Virus record (IMG/VR): IMGVR_UViG_3300020161_000515
Span: 14,409-78,408 of that record
DNA: 64,000 nt
DNA from: a virus
Lineage: Duplodnaviria > Caudoviricetes
Direction: 5' to 3' (one strand)
This document shows, one piece after another, positions 1 to 11,900 of the stretch. The notes below the pieces were generated by a model. The model saw only the letters and a list, made by a program, of their open reading frames with translations, did no database searches and was not told the DNA's origin. Within the stretch, counting starts at the first letter, position 1, and every line of letters starts with the position of its first letter. The translations under genes were made by a program, and so were the position numbers.

Positions 1-1
1 A

Positions 2-3000
2 TGACAAGGTGCTGACAATTTCGCCATTAGAAAGAATGTTCTTTGTAGCTATTTGAGGGCTCATCTTGTTAAAAGAAGTAATGCTAAAATTATCAAGAGA
101 TATGTTTTGCAAACTTTCTAAATGAATCTCAGACAGCAACCCTGGTGTTCCCTCTATACTGGATACCTGATCCACAACGAAACTGTCATAATTTGCTACT
201 ACAAATTGGGTAGTAATAGCGTCACCAGGATTAGTGAAAACAGCATCAGCTATATTTCCAGATATGGACATATCCGGAGGAAAGGCTAAAGGTGATATCT
301 CATACTGATGGAACGCCAGAAGTGCTCTGTCATTAGTGGCCCAAGATACATATGCGTATAAGCTAAGAGTTATTACATATGGAGCATCTAACTTACTTAA
401 ATGATTAAGATTATTTAATGCCATAGACTCGCTTACTGTTCCATCAGAAGTTATTAATAATTCTGATGCAGCAGTTGCCACCTTCCTAAACACGTTCATT
501 GAGAAATTGTTAAATGAAATTCCTTTTCTGTCTCCATTTTTATCATAAAATTGTGAAGACTCCATGATAAGCTCAAATTTAAGTCCTGAGTATTTATTAG
601 CGCCCATAGCGGTGGTCTGAACATTTTCTTTATAAAAGGTTTCATAATTAGTTACGCCTATGGAAAAAGCAAGAGCATCTCCTTTACTTAAAAAATCTTT
701 ACCAGGTAATGACGTAACTATTTCTAATGGCCCAGGAAGTGCAGAAGCAGCTATAGAAAAACTCTTTGTTGATAGTATGGAATCAGATGCACCATTAGAT
801 CCTCTTAGAAACATCTTTAATGTGAACTCAAACGGAGCTTTTGCTGCTTGTAGAAGTGAAACAGTTTTCAGATTTAGAGTTGAAGTTTTAGTTCCGCTGG
901 TAGATAAAGATGCTCTCAGTTCATAGTAACCATTGCTAGTAAAATTTGGTAATGTGTCAAAGTTGGCGAAACTTACACCATCAGCAGATTCTAGTGTCAT
1001 ATAAAATATAGCCGGATCATTAACTATTACATCTGTTGCACTTATAGTTATTGATACAGAGTCACCTAACTTAGTAAAAGTTGCATCTCCTATTGACGCT
1101 GTTGCTGCCATTGCAGCGGGTGTGGCAAAGGTCAAAGTTGGTGAATGTCCTAGAGAATGTCCATAAATTGCTCCCACAGCCCTAAATCTAAAAGTCTTTC
1201 CAGCCAGACTTGCTGCTGAAACATTCCAAGGCCTTTGATATCTAATGGTCTTAGTGCGTGTGCCAGGAAATGATACGAACTCTAAAGTGGTTACTATTCG
1301 TGTTGTAGAAAACTCATTATCTACTACTACGAAATCTGTTATAGGTACAACACCTTCTGTAGTAAGATAAATTCTTTCCTCAGGTACGTCTAAGCATGTG
1401 ACTGTTATTTCTAACTCAGCATCTCCGCTAGGATTTACGTTGTTTACAGAAATAGTAGCTGTGTTTGAAACATCCAGAATATAAGAAATATTATATCTCT
1501 GGACTATCATAAACTCGCTCGCAGTTGAGGCATCCGTATAAATAGAGATACCCATTGTCCAGCCAGGTTGTCCTACCGCTGGAACAGTGGTGGAGATGTT
1601 TATTGATTCTCCAGAAACAACTGCCGTTCCGTTAGTCGAAGGTCGTATCCAAGCATTTCCTATAGGACTAACTCTGCCAACATACCAATAAAGAGTTGTT
1701 CCATCAGCTAGTCCAGTTAAACCTGATACTGTAAAAGATATAGCAGTAAGTTCTGGGTAGGAAGCGTTTAAATTAAATGTTGCTGGTAATAGTGCCATAT
1801 TGGGATAATTGTATTCAGGTGGAAAAGCATCAGCAGTTATTAGATACTGTTGAGTAGATAAAAGTGTTCTTGTTTCTGAAGTTCTTGTAAGCTTAGCCCA
1901 CAAAGATAAACTTAACGCATAAGGTGCGCCTGATCTTATCAATCCTGTCAGATTGTCTAACATCAAGTTTGCACTGTATGTCCCATCAGATAATATTCTT
2001 GTAAAGTAACTTCTATTCGTTATCCTAGTTAAGGATGATACATCAAAATTATCAAGATTGGCTACTTGATTTGGATTTGCTGTAAGCTCAATCAATAATC
2101 CATCTACACCCGCTGAACTAGATACTTGTTCCCTTACAAAAGTTTCATAATTTGTAACAGTAAAAGACGCTCTTACAGCATCATGTACCTGGTCAAATAC
2201 TATGTCTGAAAATGAACCTGTTACTGACAAAGCATCTACTGGAGGATCTACTGGAGGTGGAGCAGGGAAGGCGTCAGCAGTAAGAGTATATTGATGTGAT
2301 GCTATTACATCTCTAGCTTCCGATGTTCTGCTTGGTTTAGTAAGTAAAGATATCGTGAAGTCATATGGAGCATTTTCTCTGGAAAGACCAGATAAGTTAT
2401 TTAGCGTTATAGCACTGGTATGTGCTCCATCAGATATTCTAAAAAGCTGACACAATTTTCCAGTAATTCTAGTAAATGATTCTATTGAGAAATTGTAAAA
2501 AGAAATAGCACTATTTGATTCTAATACTAATTCTGTCAATAAACCTGGAATTCCTGGAACACTTGATATTTGAGAATCTTCAAATGCAGTATAATTACTA
2601 ACAGATGCTGATGCTGAAATGCTATCTCCTATTGCATCAAAAAAATTAATGTCTGAGATGCTACCAGTGACAACAGCAAAATTATTTTGATTAAAAGCCG
2701 TAGGAGAAATGTAGAATGTGTCAGACTTTAAAACTAATCTTGTTTCAGAATTCTTTTTTAACTTTGTTTTTAAAGAAAGAGTAAAAAAATTATTAGAATC
2801 TATTCCAGTTAAATCTGAAAGTGCTATAAGAAAAGTTACAAGTCCATCAGATGTAGCGAAGTGCCTGGCAAGATTCTTATTGACCTTAGTCATGTTGGTC
2901 AATGATAGGTTATCAAATGACGCGGAAGTAGGATCCATTGGAACTTTTGAATACGGTTTTAACTCCAACTCAAATAAAAGTCCTGGTGTTCCCTCAATAC

Positions 3001-3820
3001 TTGACCCTTCACTTTCTATAAAAGATGCGATATTGCTTATATTAACCTTAGCATAGATAGAAAACCCTATCTTTGTAAACTCAGTCCTAGCCGACATCTC
3101 GCTAAGAATTTGAACGGATGAGTCTGCATGATAACTTACTGGAGGAGTGTATCCTAAAATAAGACCAGTAGAACTTACTATCTTAAACTGTAACGGAGTG
3201 TCATATAACTGTTGTGAAGATTTGTATTCGTTACTTACCCATTTAAGTTTTACATTAATTGTTCCAGGAAACTCTTCATAAACAACTATTTGGTTATCCC
3301 AAATTCTAGTTGTTGATGAATCTGTTACTAAAGAAAAACAACTAAAGCTCCAGTACGAAGATTCTAAAACAAAGTATATTGATCCTGATGGACTATCTAG
3401 ACACGTTATTGCGTACTCTAGAATGTCACTCTTTCCTGGGGTTAAATCACTAACTTCAACAGTACAAGAATTGTTAACATCAATTATATTACAGAGTGCT
3501 ATGTCATAAACAATTCTGCTAGTGCCTATATTATGTGAATCCGTTACTATAGATAATCCCATCTTTTCATTTCTATACACCATTGGGATGTTGGTGGAAA
3601 TGCTGATAGATTCATCTTGGACTATAGCTGATGTGTAATCTCCTGAATTGAAATTACCTGTTGCTATTGTTCCACCACTACCTGACGGATACACTATCCC
3701 AACAGCCCAGTAAACCGTAGTTCCGTTAGCTATTCCAATTAGACCTGAGACAGTAAATGTAACGGGAGTACCTTCGTCGTAAGAAGGCTCTAAGTTCGTA
3801 GTGATGTTAAGTAATGACAC
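2..3820 (-). CDS. Large virion protein with degenerate Ig-like/beta-sandwich repeats, partial (>=1273 aa, runs off the window start; absent from the ORF track)
   Basis: I translated long stretches of this frame by hand (3820-3480, ~1740-1680, 121-2) and found no stop. Its absence from the track fits a frame with no stop inside the window. It starts VSLLNITTNLEPSYDEGTPVTFTVSGLIGIANGTTVYWAV, and the motif recurs near 1740 as ISFTVSGLTGLADGTTLYWY; VTNYETF and ADAFP also recur. The first codon is a GTG directly after the TAG of the upstream gene. Confidence 0.8.
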   Translation of the reverse strand, partial: MSLLNITTNLEPSYDEGTPVTFTVSGLIGIANGTTVYWAVGIVYPSGSGGTIATGNFNSGDYTSAIVQDESISISTNIPMVYRNEKMGLSIVTDSHNIGTSRIVYDIALCNIIDVNNSCTVEVSDLTPGKSDILEYAITCLDSPSGSIYFVLESSYWSFSCFSLVTDSSTTRIWDNQIVVYEEFPGTINVKLKWVSNEYKSSQQLYDTPLQFKIVSSTGLILGYTPPVSYHADSSVQILSEMSARTEFTKIGFSIYAKVNISNIASFIESEGSSIEGTPGLLFELELKPYSKVPMDPTSASFDNLSLTNMTKVNKNLARHFATSDGLVTFLIALSDLTGIDSNNFFTLSLKTKLKKNSETRLVLKSDTFYISPTAFNQNNFAVVTGSISDINFFDAIGDSISASASVSNYTAFEDSQISSVPGIPGLLTELVLESNSAISFYNFSIESFTRITGKLCQLFRISDGAHTSAITLNNLSGLSRENAPYDFTISLLTKPSRTSEARDVIASHQYTLTADAFPAPPPVDPPVDALSVTGSFSDIVFDQVHDAVRASFTVTNYETFVREQVSSSAGVDGLLIELTANPNQVANLDNFDVSSLTRITNRSYFTRILSDGTYSANLMLDNLTGLIRSGAPYALSLSLWAKLTRTSETRTLLSTQQYLITADAFPPEYNYPNMALLPATFNLNASYPELTAISFTVSGLTGLADGTTLYWYVGRVSPIGNAWIRPSTNGTAVVSGESINISTTVPAVGQPGWTMGISIYTDASTASEFMIVQRYNISYILDVSNTATISVNNVNPSGDAELEITVTCLDVPEERIYLTTEGVVPITDFVVVDNEFSTTRIVTTLEFVSFPGTRTKTIRYQRPWNVSAASLAGKTFRFRAVGAIYGHSLGHSPTLTFATPAAMAATASIGDATFTKLGDSVSITISATDVIVNDPAIFYMTLESADGVSFANFDTLPNFTSNGYYELRASLSTSGTKTSTLNLKTVSLLQAAKAPFEFTLKMFLRGSNGASDSILSTKSFSIAASALPGPLEIVTSLPGKDFLSKGDALAFSIGVTNYETFYKENVQTTAMGANKYSGLKFELIMESSQFYDKNGDRKGISFNNFSMNVFRKVATAASELLITSDGTVSESMALNNLNHLSKLDAPYVITLSLYAYVSWATNDRALLAFHQYEISPLAFPPDMSISGNIADAVFTNPGDAITTQFVVANYDSFVVDQVSSIEGTPGLLSEIHLESLQNISLDNFSITSFNKMSPQIATKNILSNGEIVSTLS

Positions 3821-5311
3821 CTATGGGCTCACTAATAAAGGAAAAGAAAATGTTAACTCATCTATTACGGTAACAGGAGCAGATCTGCAAAATCTCTTTG
3901 CAAATTTTTCTTTCTCGTATGTGTTAGTGATAAGCTCTGACTCTAAGAATGTGTTTTCTGGAACTTCAACGTATTCGTAGTACCCATCATCTTTTAAATG
4001 ATAGTCCATAGGAACTTTTATTTCTACAACATCTCCAGTTAAGAATCCATGAGGTATCGCATTACCACCAGTTATCTCAGCAGTAAAATCATATTGGTCA
4101 TCTAACAGAGTTTCAAGGGAATGGTATGAAACAGATGCATCTGATAAGACTCTGCAAATAGCTAAGAAACCTTCAACTCTAAATTCTATTACAAACGGAG
4201 TAAAATTTTCCCTAACTCTTTCATGTCTTGTTATTTTGAATCTAGTAGGTGAGTCATATTCAACATCGTATGCTCCATTAAAATCGTTAAGATATGTACC
4301 CTTTGGTCTAGCAATAGGATATAAGCAGATTATGGAATCATCAGATAAGAAATGAGGTTCTTCTTCATTTATGTAATATGAAATAATTTCCGCTTTCTTA
4401 TCAAATAAAGAATAGCGTATCAATCCAGATAGTCTGGGTTGAACACTAGGCACTGTAAAAGGATACTCATAGACGAAAGTATAGTCGTCAAGTACCTTTA
4501 CGCTTGCAGTACAGTAGAATGGATGAACCGCTGTTCCTTCAAATTTACTAACATCAATAACATCTCCATTGGAGTATTGATGAGGTACTACAGCACCGTT
4601 CCTAGATATCTGACCTTCAGCATATCCAATCTTAGCCTTTATCTGTACTATCTCTTCATCTATTCTTAATTGTGTAGAGTTAAGATAGTTAACTTCAAAA
4701 AGATCTGCATCTTGTGAAATATACATTGGCTGAACAGCCTGGCGTCCTACTGTAAGATCACTAGCAGTTATTCCTGAACTGTGCTTTAAGTTTAGAACTT
4801 CTAAGTCTTTGAAATTATTTAAGACTGGATCATAGTTGTAATACATGCCATTCTTAAAAACTCTTGTGCTTACTAATCTTAAAATGTACTTTCCAACGCC
4901 TTCTAAAATTACTGGTGATGGATGAACAGTCCAAGGTATAGCTGGACTAAACATTTCAATAGACGATGCTGAGATATTTGACAACTCTGTTATCCTGGTG
5001 CTGAATAAACCCATCACACCATCTTTTATCTTTAGACCTACATAGTTTTTATTAACAGTGTCTCCAAGAACAGGAGTCTTGTTTGAATCGGTTAAGTCAA
5101 ATCCATTGACATCTATTATCTTTACTGAGCCTCCAACAGTGAAAGCAGAGTTATTTGTAACGCTTGTGCTATTACCCAAGGCATAATATTTAGCATTAAA
5201 TTTTGAAACTTTGGTAGAGCTAATTCCACCACCAAGACTAGCCTGAGGATTGGTATTAGCGTCACCACCTGAGTATCTGAATTCTAGGTATGCTGCATTT
5301 ATTTCAGTCAT
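3821..5311 (-). CDS. Putative tail/virion structural protein (496 aa)
   Basis: N-terminus LEFRYSGGDANTNPQASLGGGIS is a motif typical of phage tail proteins. It contains several E1-FCCH-like beta modules (HGFLTGDVVEIK, FNGAYDVEYDSPTRFKI, VTVIDELTFSFP). It lies among tail genes. Confidence 0.6.
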   Translation of the reverse strand: MTEINAAYLEFRYSGGDANTNPQASLGGGISSTKVSKFNAKYYALGNSTSVTNNSAFTVGGSVKIIDVNGFDLTDSNKTPVLGDTVNKNYVGLKIKDGVMGLFSTRITELSNISASSIEMFSPAIPWTVHPSPVILEGVGKYILRLVSTRVFKNGMYYNYDPVLNNFKDLEVLNLKHSSGITASDLTVGRQAVQPMYISQDADLFEVNYLNSTQLRIDEEIVQIKAKIGYAEGQISRNGAVVPHQYSNGDVIDVSKFEGTAVHPFYCTASVKVLDDYTFVYEYPFTVPSVQPRLSGLIRYSLFDKKAEIISYYINEEEPHFLSDDSIICLYPIARPKGTYLNDFNGAYDVEYDSPTRFKITRHERVRENFTPFVIEFRVEGFLAICRVLSDASVSYHSLETLLDDQYDFTAEITGGNAIPHGFLTGDVVEIKVPMDYHLKDDGYYEYVEVPENTFLESELITNTYEKEKFAKRFCRSAPVTVIDELTFSFPLLVSP

Positions 5312-5320
5312 AAGATAGCC

Positions 5321-5430
5321 TTAATTTAAGCCGTTTTAAGCGGCTTTATTAGTTCGCCGCTATGATGGTATTACTTAACTAATTTGTAGCCGTAAATGAC
5401 CAGATTCTTGCCAAATACGGCTATGTTCTC
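5321..5430 (+). repeat. Dispersed structured intergenic element, copy 1
   Basis: 24-bp exact match (aatttaagccgttttaagcggctt, 5323-5346) to the reverse complement of 39949-39972. 18-bp exact match (ccagattcttgccaaata, 5400-5417) to 18148-18165. Core gctatgatggtattacttaac at 5359-5379. Confidence 0.85.
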
Positions 5431-5450
5431 AAGCTACTTAACAACAATTG

Positions 5451-5873
5451 TTAAGCATTGCCTTCAGTGATTGAGGCACTGATAACACTGATTGGGCCAC
5501 CTTGAATAATGTCGGTGCTGTTTAATTTAATATCGCCTGAACCTGAGTTATTGCTAACATCTAAGTCCATAACGAAACCACCGTCACCGTTGCTAATTCT
5601 AGCCCAAGTTGCAGTACCGTTATTATCGGCAGCAGTATCTTGAGCAACAGCAGAGAAGGTAAGAACACCGTTGTCAATACTGGCAGCACAAGGCTTGCTG
5701 AATGTCAGAGTACCTAATAACAAGTTGGTGAATGGGTCAATAGCACCGCCTGAAGTTGCTGGTCTATTACCTGAGTAAATTTTTAATGTACCAGGAGTAG
5801 CACCTGCGTCAATAGCGTTAGCTATTTGGGTTGCACGATTGTTCCGGACACTTGTTGCAAATTTAATAGTCAT
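5451..5873 (-). CDS. Conserved small phage tail/fibre-associated structural protein (140 aa)
   Basis: Pattern SVRNNRATQIANAIDAGATPGTLKIYSGNRPA...LLGTLTFSKP...GTATWARI matches a widespread phage minor structural family; highly-expressed-type codon use. Confidence 0.65.
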   Translation of the reverse strand: MTIKFATSVRNNRATQIANAIDAGATPGTLKIYSGNRPATSGGAIDPFTNLLLGTLTFSKPCAASIDNGVLTFSAVAQDTAADNNGTATWARISNGDGGFVMDLDVSNNSGSGDIKLNSTDIIQGGPISVISASITEGNA

Positions 5874-5909
5874 TGATCTGTTTCCTATAAAGTTTTATAT
5901 CTGTAATTT

Positions 5910-8900
5910 TTAATCGCCTAAAACTACGGTAGTATGAGTTTTAACTCTTCGTTCTGAATCAGGATCGAATACAACCGAGTACTCTCCCTCAATCAAATTT
6001 GTGACCTCAAATGAGACTGTACTCAAATGCTGGACTTGGATCACCTCACCTGTGTCTCCATCATATACTCTTATGTAGCCTTTCTTATCGGAAGGCTTAG
6101 AAGAACTGTCAGGTATTATATCACCTTCAATGCTGTAATAAACATCAGAAATGGCTTCTGCAGGTTTATCATAAACATTGATCCTAGCTGCAAATACAGA
6201 ACCATCTAGCTCACTGAACCAGTGTCCGAAGGTTCTATACATTAATTTTAGTTCTATTGAAATGGATTCAGTTGTAGCGTCAATATATCCTTTGACAGGT
6301 ATATATCCAATAATAACTGGAATCACTGAATCTAATACTAGATCAGCTCTGACACCAATAGGAACTATGTATTCTAAGTTTATATCACTGAGGGCGTTTT
6401 GTAAAGTTGCATCCATATAAGCTCTTGCAACAACAGCTAATCTAAAATCAGCCTGTGCATAATCCATCATGCCAAAGAACTCTAATTCTAACGGTCTTGC
6501 TCTGTTAAGTAAAATACTTGGATAGCACCTTTCTGTTTCAGCATTAAATACAGAATAAGCATCTGTTTGCAATTGAAGGTCTGTTGTAATATCACCAGCC
6601 TTAACCAACATCCATACATCAGTGTTAGATGATCTTGTGTATTTCATCTTGATGTAACATGAGGCATGTCTTAGTGTGTTCTCAAATTTCAGAACAATGT
6701 ATTTAATGGCTAGTTTAAAATCAGCAACAGAATCAGCAGTTACAGGATTGAAAACCTTAATAGCCATTTCAGTTCTAACTCTGAAATTCATCTCAGGTTC
6801 GTCAGGAGTGGCTAAGATAAACATCCAACGGTACTCTCTGACCTCACCAATGATGTGAGTTTTTATATCTGTAGTGCTTGTTCTGATATATCCGAAACAA
6901 TGAAAAGGAACGGTGGCATATATATTAGACGAACTATCTTGAAGCGTTGCTCTGAAGTATGCAGGCATTACTGCTCTCATAGCCATATAAAAATCTATAT
7001 GGTTGGTGAAAACATTGAACATGCCTTCTGCTCCACCAGCTCTAAGTTTTATCTTAGAAGTTGTTTCTTTAGTGGTAAGATGCATTGTTCCTATCATGAC
7101 CTCAAGAACCATTGCAATCAAGCAGTCAACTGTAAGTGCTCCACCACGTTCTTCTAGTATGCCTACTATTGGTATCCGGCCTTTAAATGCGGCAGCAGCA
7201 TCAGAGAATGGCATCTGTGTGCCTTCATACACAAACATTGGAGGATTGTCGTATCCTATATATCCAGGTTCATTTGGTTTGTTTGGTCTAGATCCTAAGT
7301 CAACAATGAAATGACCTTTTACAAGTAATGGAGTATAAAGCTGGATATCTGCTTCCACATACGCAGTACATTTGAGCATGTCATGTTGAATGGCTCTAAA
7401 TCCTTGTAATTCGGACGTGGTGTAACGACCTAACCATCTTGGATCATCAAACTCCTCTTCTGGATCACCTACCAAGTGATCGTATCCTACCATTTTGCCG
7501 TAGGTATTCTCAGCAATAACAAACTGGAATAATCTAAGATCAGCAGTTCTAGTAACAAGCCTAGCAACTATTCTTGATAGAAGTCTTATTTGTGAAGTAG
7601 AATCTTCTAGAACTCTTCTAAAATATATCTGGGTTCTAGGATTCATCAACTCTATTTCAAAGATAACTGATCCAGTGTTTGGATTTAAAACACCTGATAG
7701 ATTTGAGAATAGAATAGTTGACTCAACTCTAGGAGTTGTTCCTATTAATCGCCCCCCTCTGGATACGTCGCCATTAACAGTGATGCCAATATTATGAGTA
7801 GAAGAATCAAGTAATCCGAAGATTCTGTAAGGTACTCTGAGGTAAATGTATATGAATTTAACATTTTCTAATTGAACGTGTGACGTTCCAGTAAAATGAT
7901 TAATGATAGACATTATGTTAATTGTTAACGAAATGTCACCTGTGTTTCCATTCATCTCACCGTGTCTGGTGTGTGGTGATGAGAATAAGAAATTTGAGAA
8001 AGCATCATCTAGTGTACGTTTCAAAAATATAATAATGCTGCCTGATCCTGCTGCATCTAGAACAGCATCAGCAAGAACAGAAGATATCCTCAAACCAGAA
8101 CCTATTACTTTAATCTCAAAAGATATTCGTGTTGTATCTTCAGTAACAGTATTTAATATTAAATCTGTTGTTAGTGCCAAGTTAATAGATGAGTTCAAGA
8201 ATGTCGTAGCATTTAATCTCAAACCTTGAGTTGGATTGTTGGCTAGTATTTTTGACAGAACATCCTGAATTTGTAGTGCGAATCCTGCCTCATAATCTGG
8301 TGGACGAATATAAGTGTTTAATGCAAAGTCTGAAGTAACCTTCTCAGTAATACATTCCAAAATAAAGAATGAGTCCTGCTTACCGTATATTTCAGTAGTG
8401 ATGTTCTTAGTCTTACACTCAATTGTAGCTCTGACATTAACTATCGTCATAGCCTTTATCTTAGGTTCTATATTATCTAGCCTTGGTCTAAATACAGCAT
8501 AGAACGTTAAGCCTTTGAAGACCGGAATAATATTTGGAGTTGTTGGAGTCATTACTCCATACACCGGAACTGCCATTGAAATTACAGACAGTGCTGGATT
8601 TGTTTTGGCTAAGAAAGTTACCAAAGTTCTGAATGGAACTGTTCCTTCTATTTTTGAGATGATGGAAGGTGTTTTAGTTTGTATTCTTCCTATAACAGGA
8701 TGGTTTAATCCTATAGATGCCACGCATGTCTTAGTGGTAACTGCCATTACCATCAAAGATGATTTGCTATTGTGCAGTCTCAAATCCAGCAATACATTGC
8801 TGAGATTAAATTTAAACAGCATATTTAATGGAACTGGAATTCTTCCTTCACCTAAGAAGTAGTCATTCTTTAATTGGCTTGACAGTGTAAATCTGCATAA

Positions 8901-11900
8901 AGAGAATAGTTTAACCGTTGGAGTAATTGTCTCAGTTACAGCATCTAGCGTTATCAGTTGCTCATCTCTGTGAGCAATGTATATCAATACTTCTGGAGTA
9001 TTTGTGTATGCTTGTATTACCCCTGTTTCTAATGGACAGTATATCTTAGGTATGACGAATTGAGTTATTGCCGCCATTGTTCCCTTAATGGCAGTAAACA
9101 TTTTGAATCCACCTGAAACAGATTCAGTGTTCAACATGAAGTTAAGAACTTCTGGAACAGGAGTTTTTAAGTTTATTGATGGAAGAACATCATCTAAATA
9201 TAAATTCAATAAAGTGTTGAACGGTATCCTTGCTTCTATCCTAGCAGTAGAATACAGAACTAAGTGCATGGTTCCTGTATTGGAGGAAAGAACCATATAA
9301 GATTTAGCATTACCAGTGTTGGCTTCTATCTTTCCTATGTTAACAGTTCGCATTAGGAATGATGCACTAGCACCTGGAGTTTTTATTGAAATAAATACAT
9401 CTGTTCTAACTGGATTTCTTAACAGTATGTTAGGTATTACATCTTTTGTGTTCAATAAAAGACTTACTTTAGCAAGTGGTTGAATTATATCTATATCGAA
9501 CTCAACGTCTTTCAATGTTACATTAAATGATCCGTGAACAGAGGAAACTAATCTTATGCCTGGAATAACTCTTTCAAGTAATGATTCTAAAATAAGATCT
9601 CTTGGCTCAGGAAGTAATGCTCTAAAATACGCTTCTGCATCATCTAAGATTGATTTGAAAGTAATGCTGTTTGGATGCATAAGCATCCCATTAAACGCAA
9701 CTCCAAGAGCATACCAATAGTAATCTGTTTTGCCTGAATGAGTTACATTATATTTTGAATCAGCCTCGCCTGAGACTAAAAGCATCGCTACTGAATGACC
9801 TAGTCCTAGCATGTGCATAGAAACATTCTCAAGTCTAGGTGTCATATTGACTAAGTAACTCTGAGCAACTATCCCTTTAATGTCAGCCTTAGCGTATGCG
9901 TAATAGTCAGAATTCATTCTAGCATCAAGTGTTCCCTTTATTGGACCATATCCTGTAAATGTTGCTAAAGCTTGTTGAGTCTCACCATTTAATCTTGCAT
10001 AAAAATTAGCACTTATTATCTCGGGTATAACTGATTCAAGTTCAGAATCTAATCTCAATCTTATTACATGGAATCCTTGAGACTCCATTACAACATCTGG
10101 TGTTGTAGGAATAAGTTTTAAAAGAGTATAAACATTAACCTTAATACCAAGTGCCATTAAGATGTTGTCAGTTACTACAGATAAAAATACACCATTAGAC
10201 ACCATCAATCTTATGTTTGCTAGACAGTTCTCAGTAAAGGTATACAGAGCACCTACTGAAGGACTTTCTAATGAATACGAAACTTCTGAGATATCATCAA
10301 CTTGTTTAACAACATCCATTCCATAAACAACACTGAACAACGTAGAGTCTTGTTTTAAAACTCTTTCGTTTAACAATTCAGTAATGACAGAATCTTCTTT
10401 AAGATATATGTTATTCGATATGTATTCTAGCTGTTCAACAAAAGCAGAATTGCTCAATGACCACGATGGTAAAGAAGTGGAATTAATGCTCTTGCAAATA
10501 CTAGAGTGAGACTTGATAAACGGAATTAGTAACTCTTTAGGTGAATCTAATGAATGTGATTCTTCCATTAAGTTTTCAGAAGTAAAGTGAATGTAGCTAT
10601 ACTCTGCTGTAACTAATTTGCTTACAAAATCAGGTGAATTAAGATCATAAACTAAAGGTATTGAAAGATCAAAACTATTTCTGGCATTACCAAAATAAGA
10701 TATTGTAGAATTCTCTGATAAATATGTTCCGCAGTTTTTCTTATATGAAATAATAAAGTTTACTTCAAATTCTGTTGGAAGCAGAATATCATGATTGGTG
10801 TCAAACTCTAAGAATTTTTCTTGTACTGTCTGAAGGTTGTGTGTAGTGTAAAAACCAAGATCTTTTAGTATCAACGACTTCAAAGAGTTATCTGAGTAAA
10901 AAGAAAGTTGTCTTTCTTTCAGAGTTTCAATTCTATGAATCTCATCAAAAATTATCTCAAATTCTCTGTAAGCATCAATTCTGTAAAAAGAACCTTCAGT
11001 GATAATTGTTAACCCACCAACCGATACATTGTATCCATTAGCTAAGGTAGTTGCTTTGTCATTTAATGCTCTTACTTCTACAAGATCTCTTTCAGTAACA
11101 TTTGAGACACTTCTATCAATCATAGGATAGATATTATTTAAGCTGCTTTCAGCTACGCCTTTTCCAAGAATACCTGACAATGATAATAAATTTAATCTGG
11201 TTAAGGATCCATAACAAAGAATTTCATAAAAAATCTGGCTAAAGATTGGTCTATCTTCTCTTTCAGGATTAAGGACATATCCGAAACTGCTAAGTATCTC
11301 AGAAGAGTCTTTTGCAAGACCGCTTGTTATGGATGACACATTAACAAGATTTGTTTCAGGAGTTAGTACCTTAGAAAGTCGCACAAGATTCGTAGCGACT
11401 ACTTCTTTACATGAAACAGATGCTACCATCGTAACGAAGCTTCCTATCTCCTTCATCATCCTAATTGTAACTGGAGCCGTTACTGCATCAATTATTAATT
11501 CTAGAGGTTGGGCGTGAGCGATTCGTATTAAAGAAACAGGTGATGGTGTTGTTGCACTTAAATCTACTTGGATATTAATAGGTATTACTACATGAAAGTA
11601 CATGCTGCAATTTGTAAGACCTTCTAACTTTCCGGATACTTGGTACGCAAAGGTTGTCATCCTGACTGGAGCTAGATACGATGACCATTGTCCGTATGAA
11701 GTTGAACCTTTAGCCTTAAATATAGCAGAAGGAGTTACAGCAGTAAGAGTTCCTACATATGTGACCGCTTTTATATTTGAAAAAGAATCCTCAAGGGATG
11801 ACACCCATTTTCCAAACAATTGTTTGAGAAGCACGATACTGGATTTAGTATCGGTGCTGACTGTGGATATAAAGTGCCCACTTGTTGGAGGATAGTTATA

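Noticed and set aside
10250-11420. Intein in the 2383-aa protein
   Set aside because: No C/S-start block A, no terminal HN-[CST] and no LAGLIDADG motif seen.
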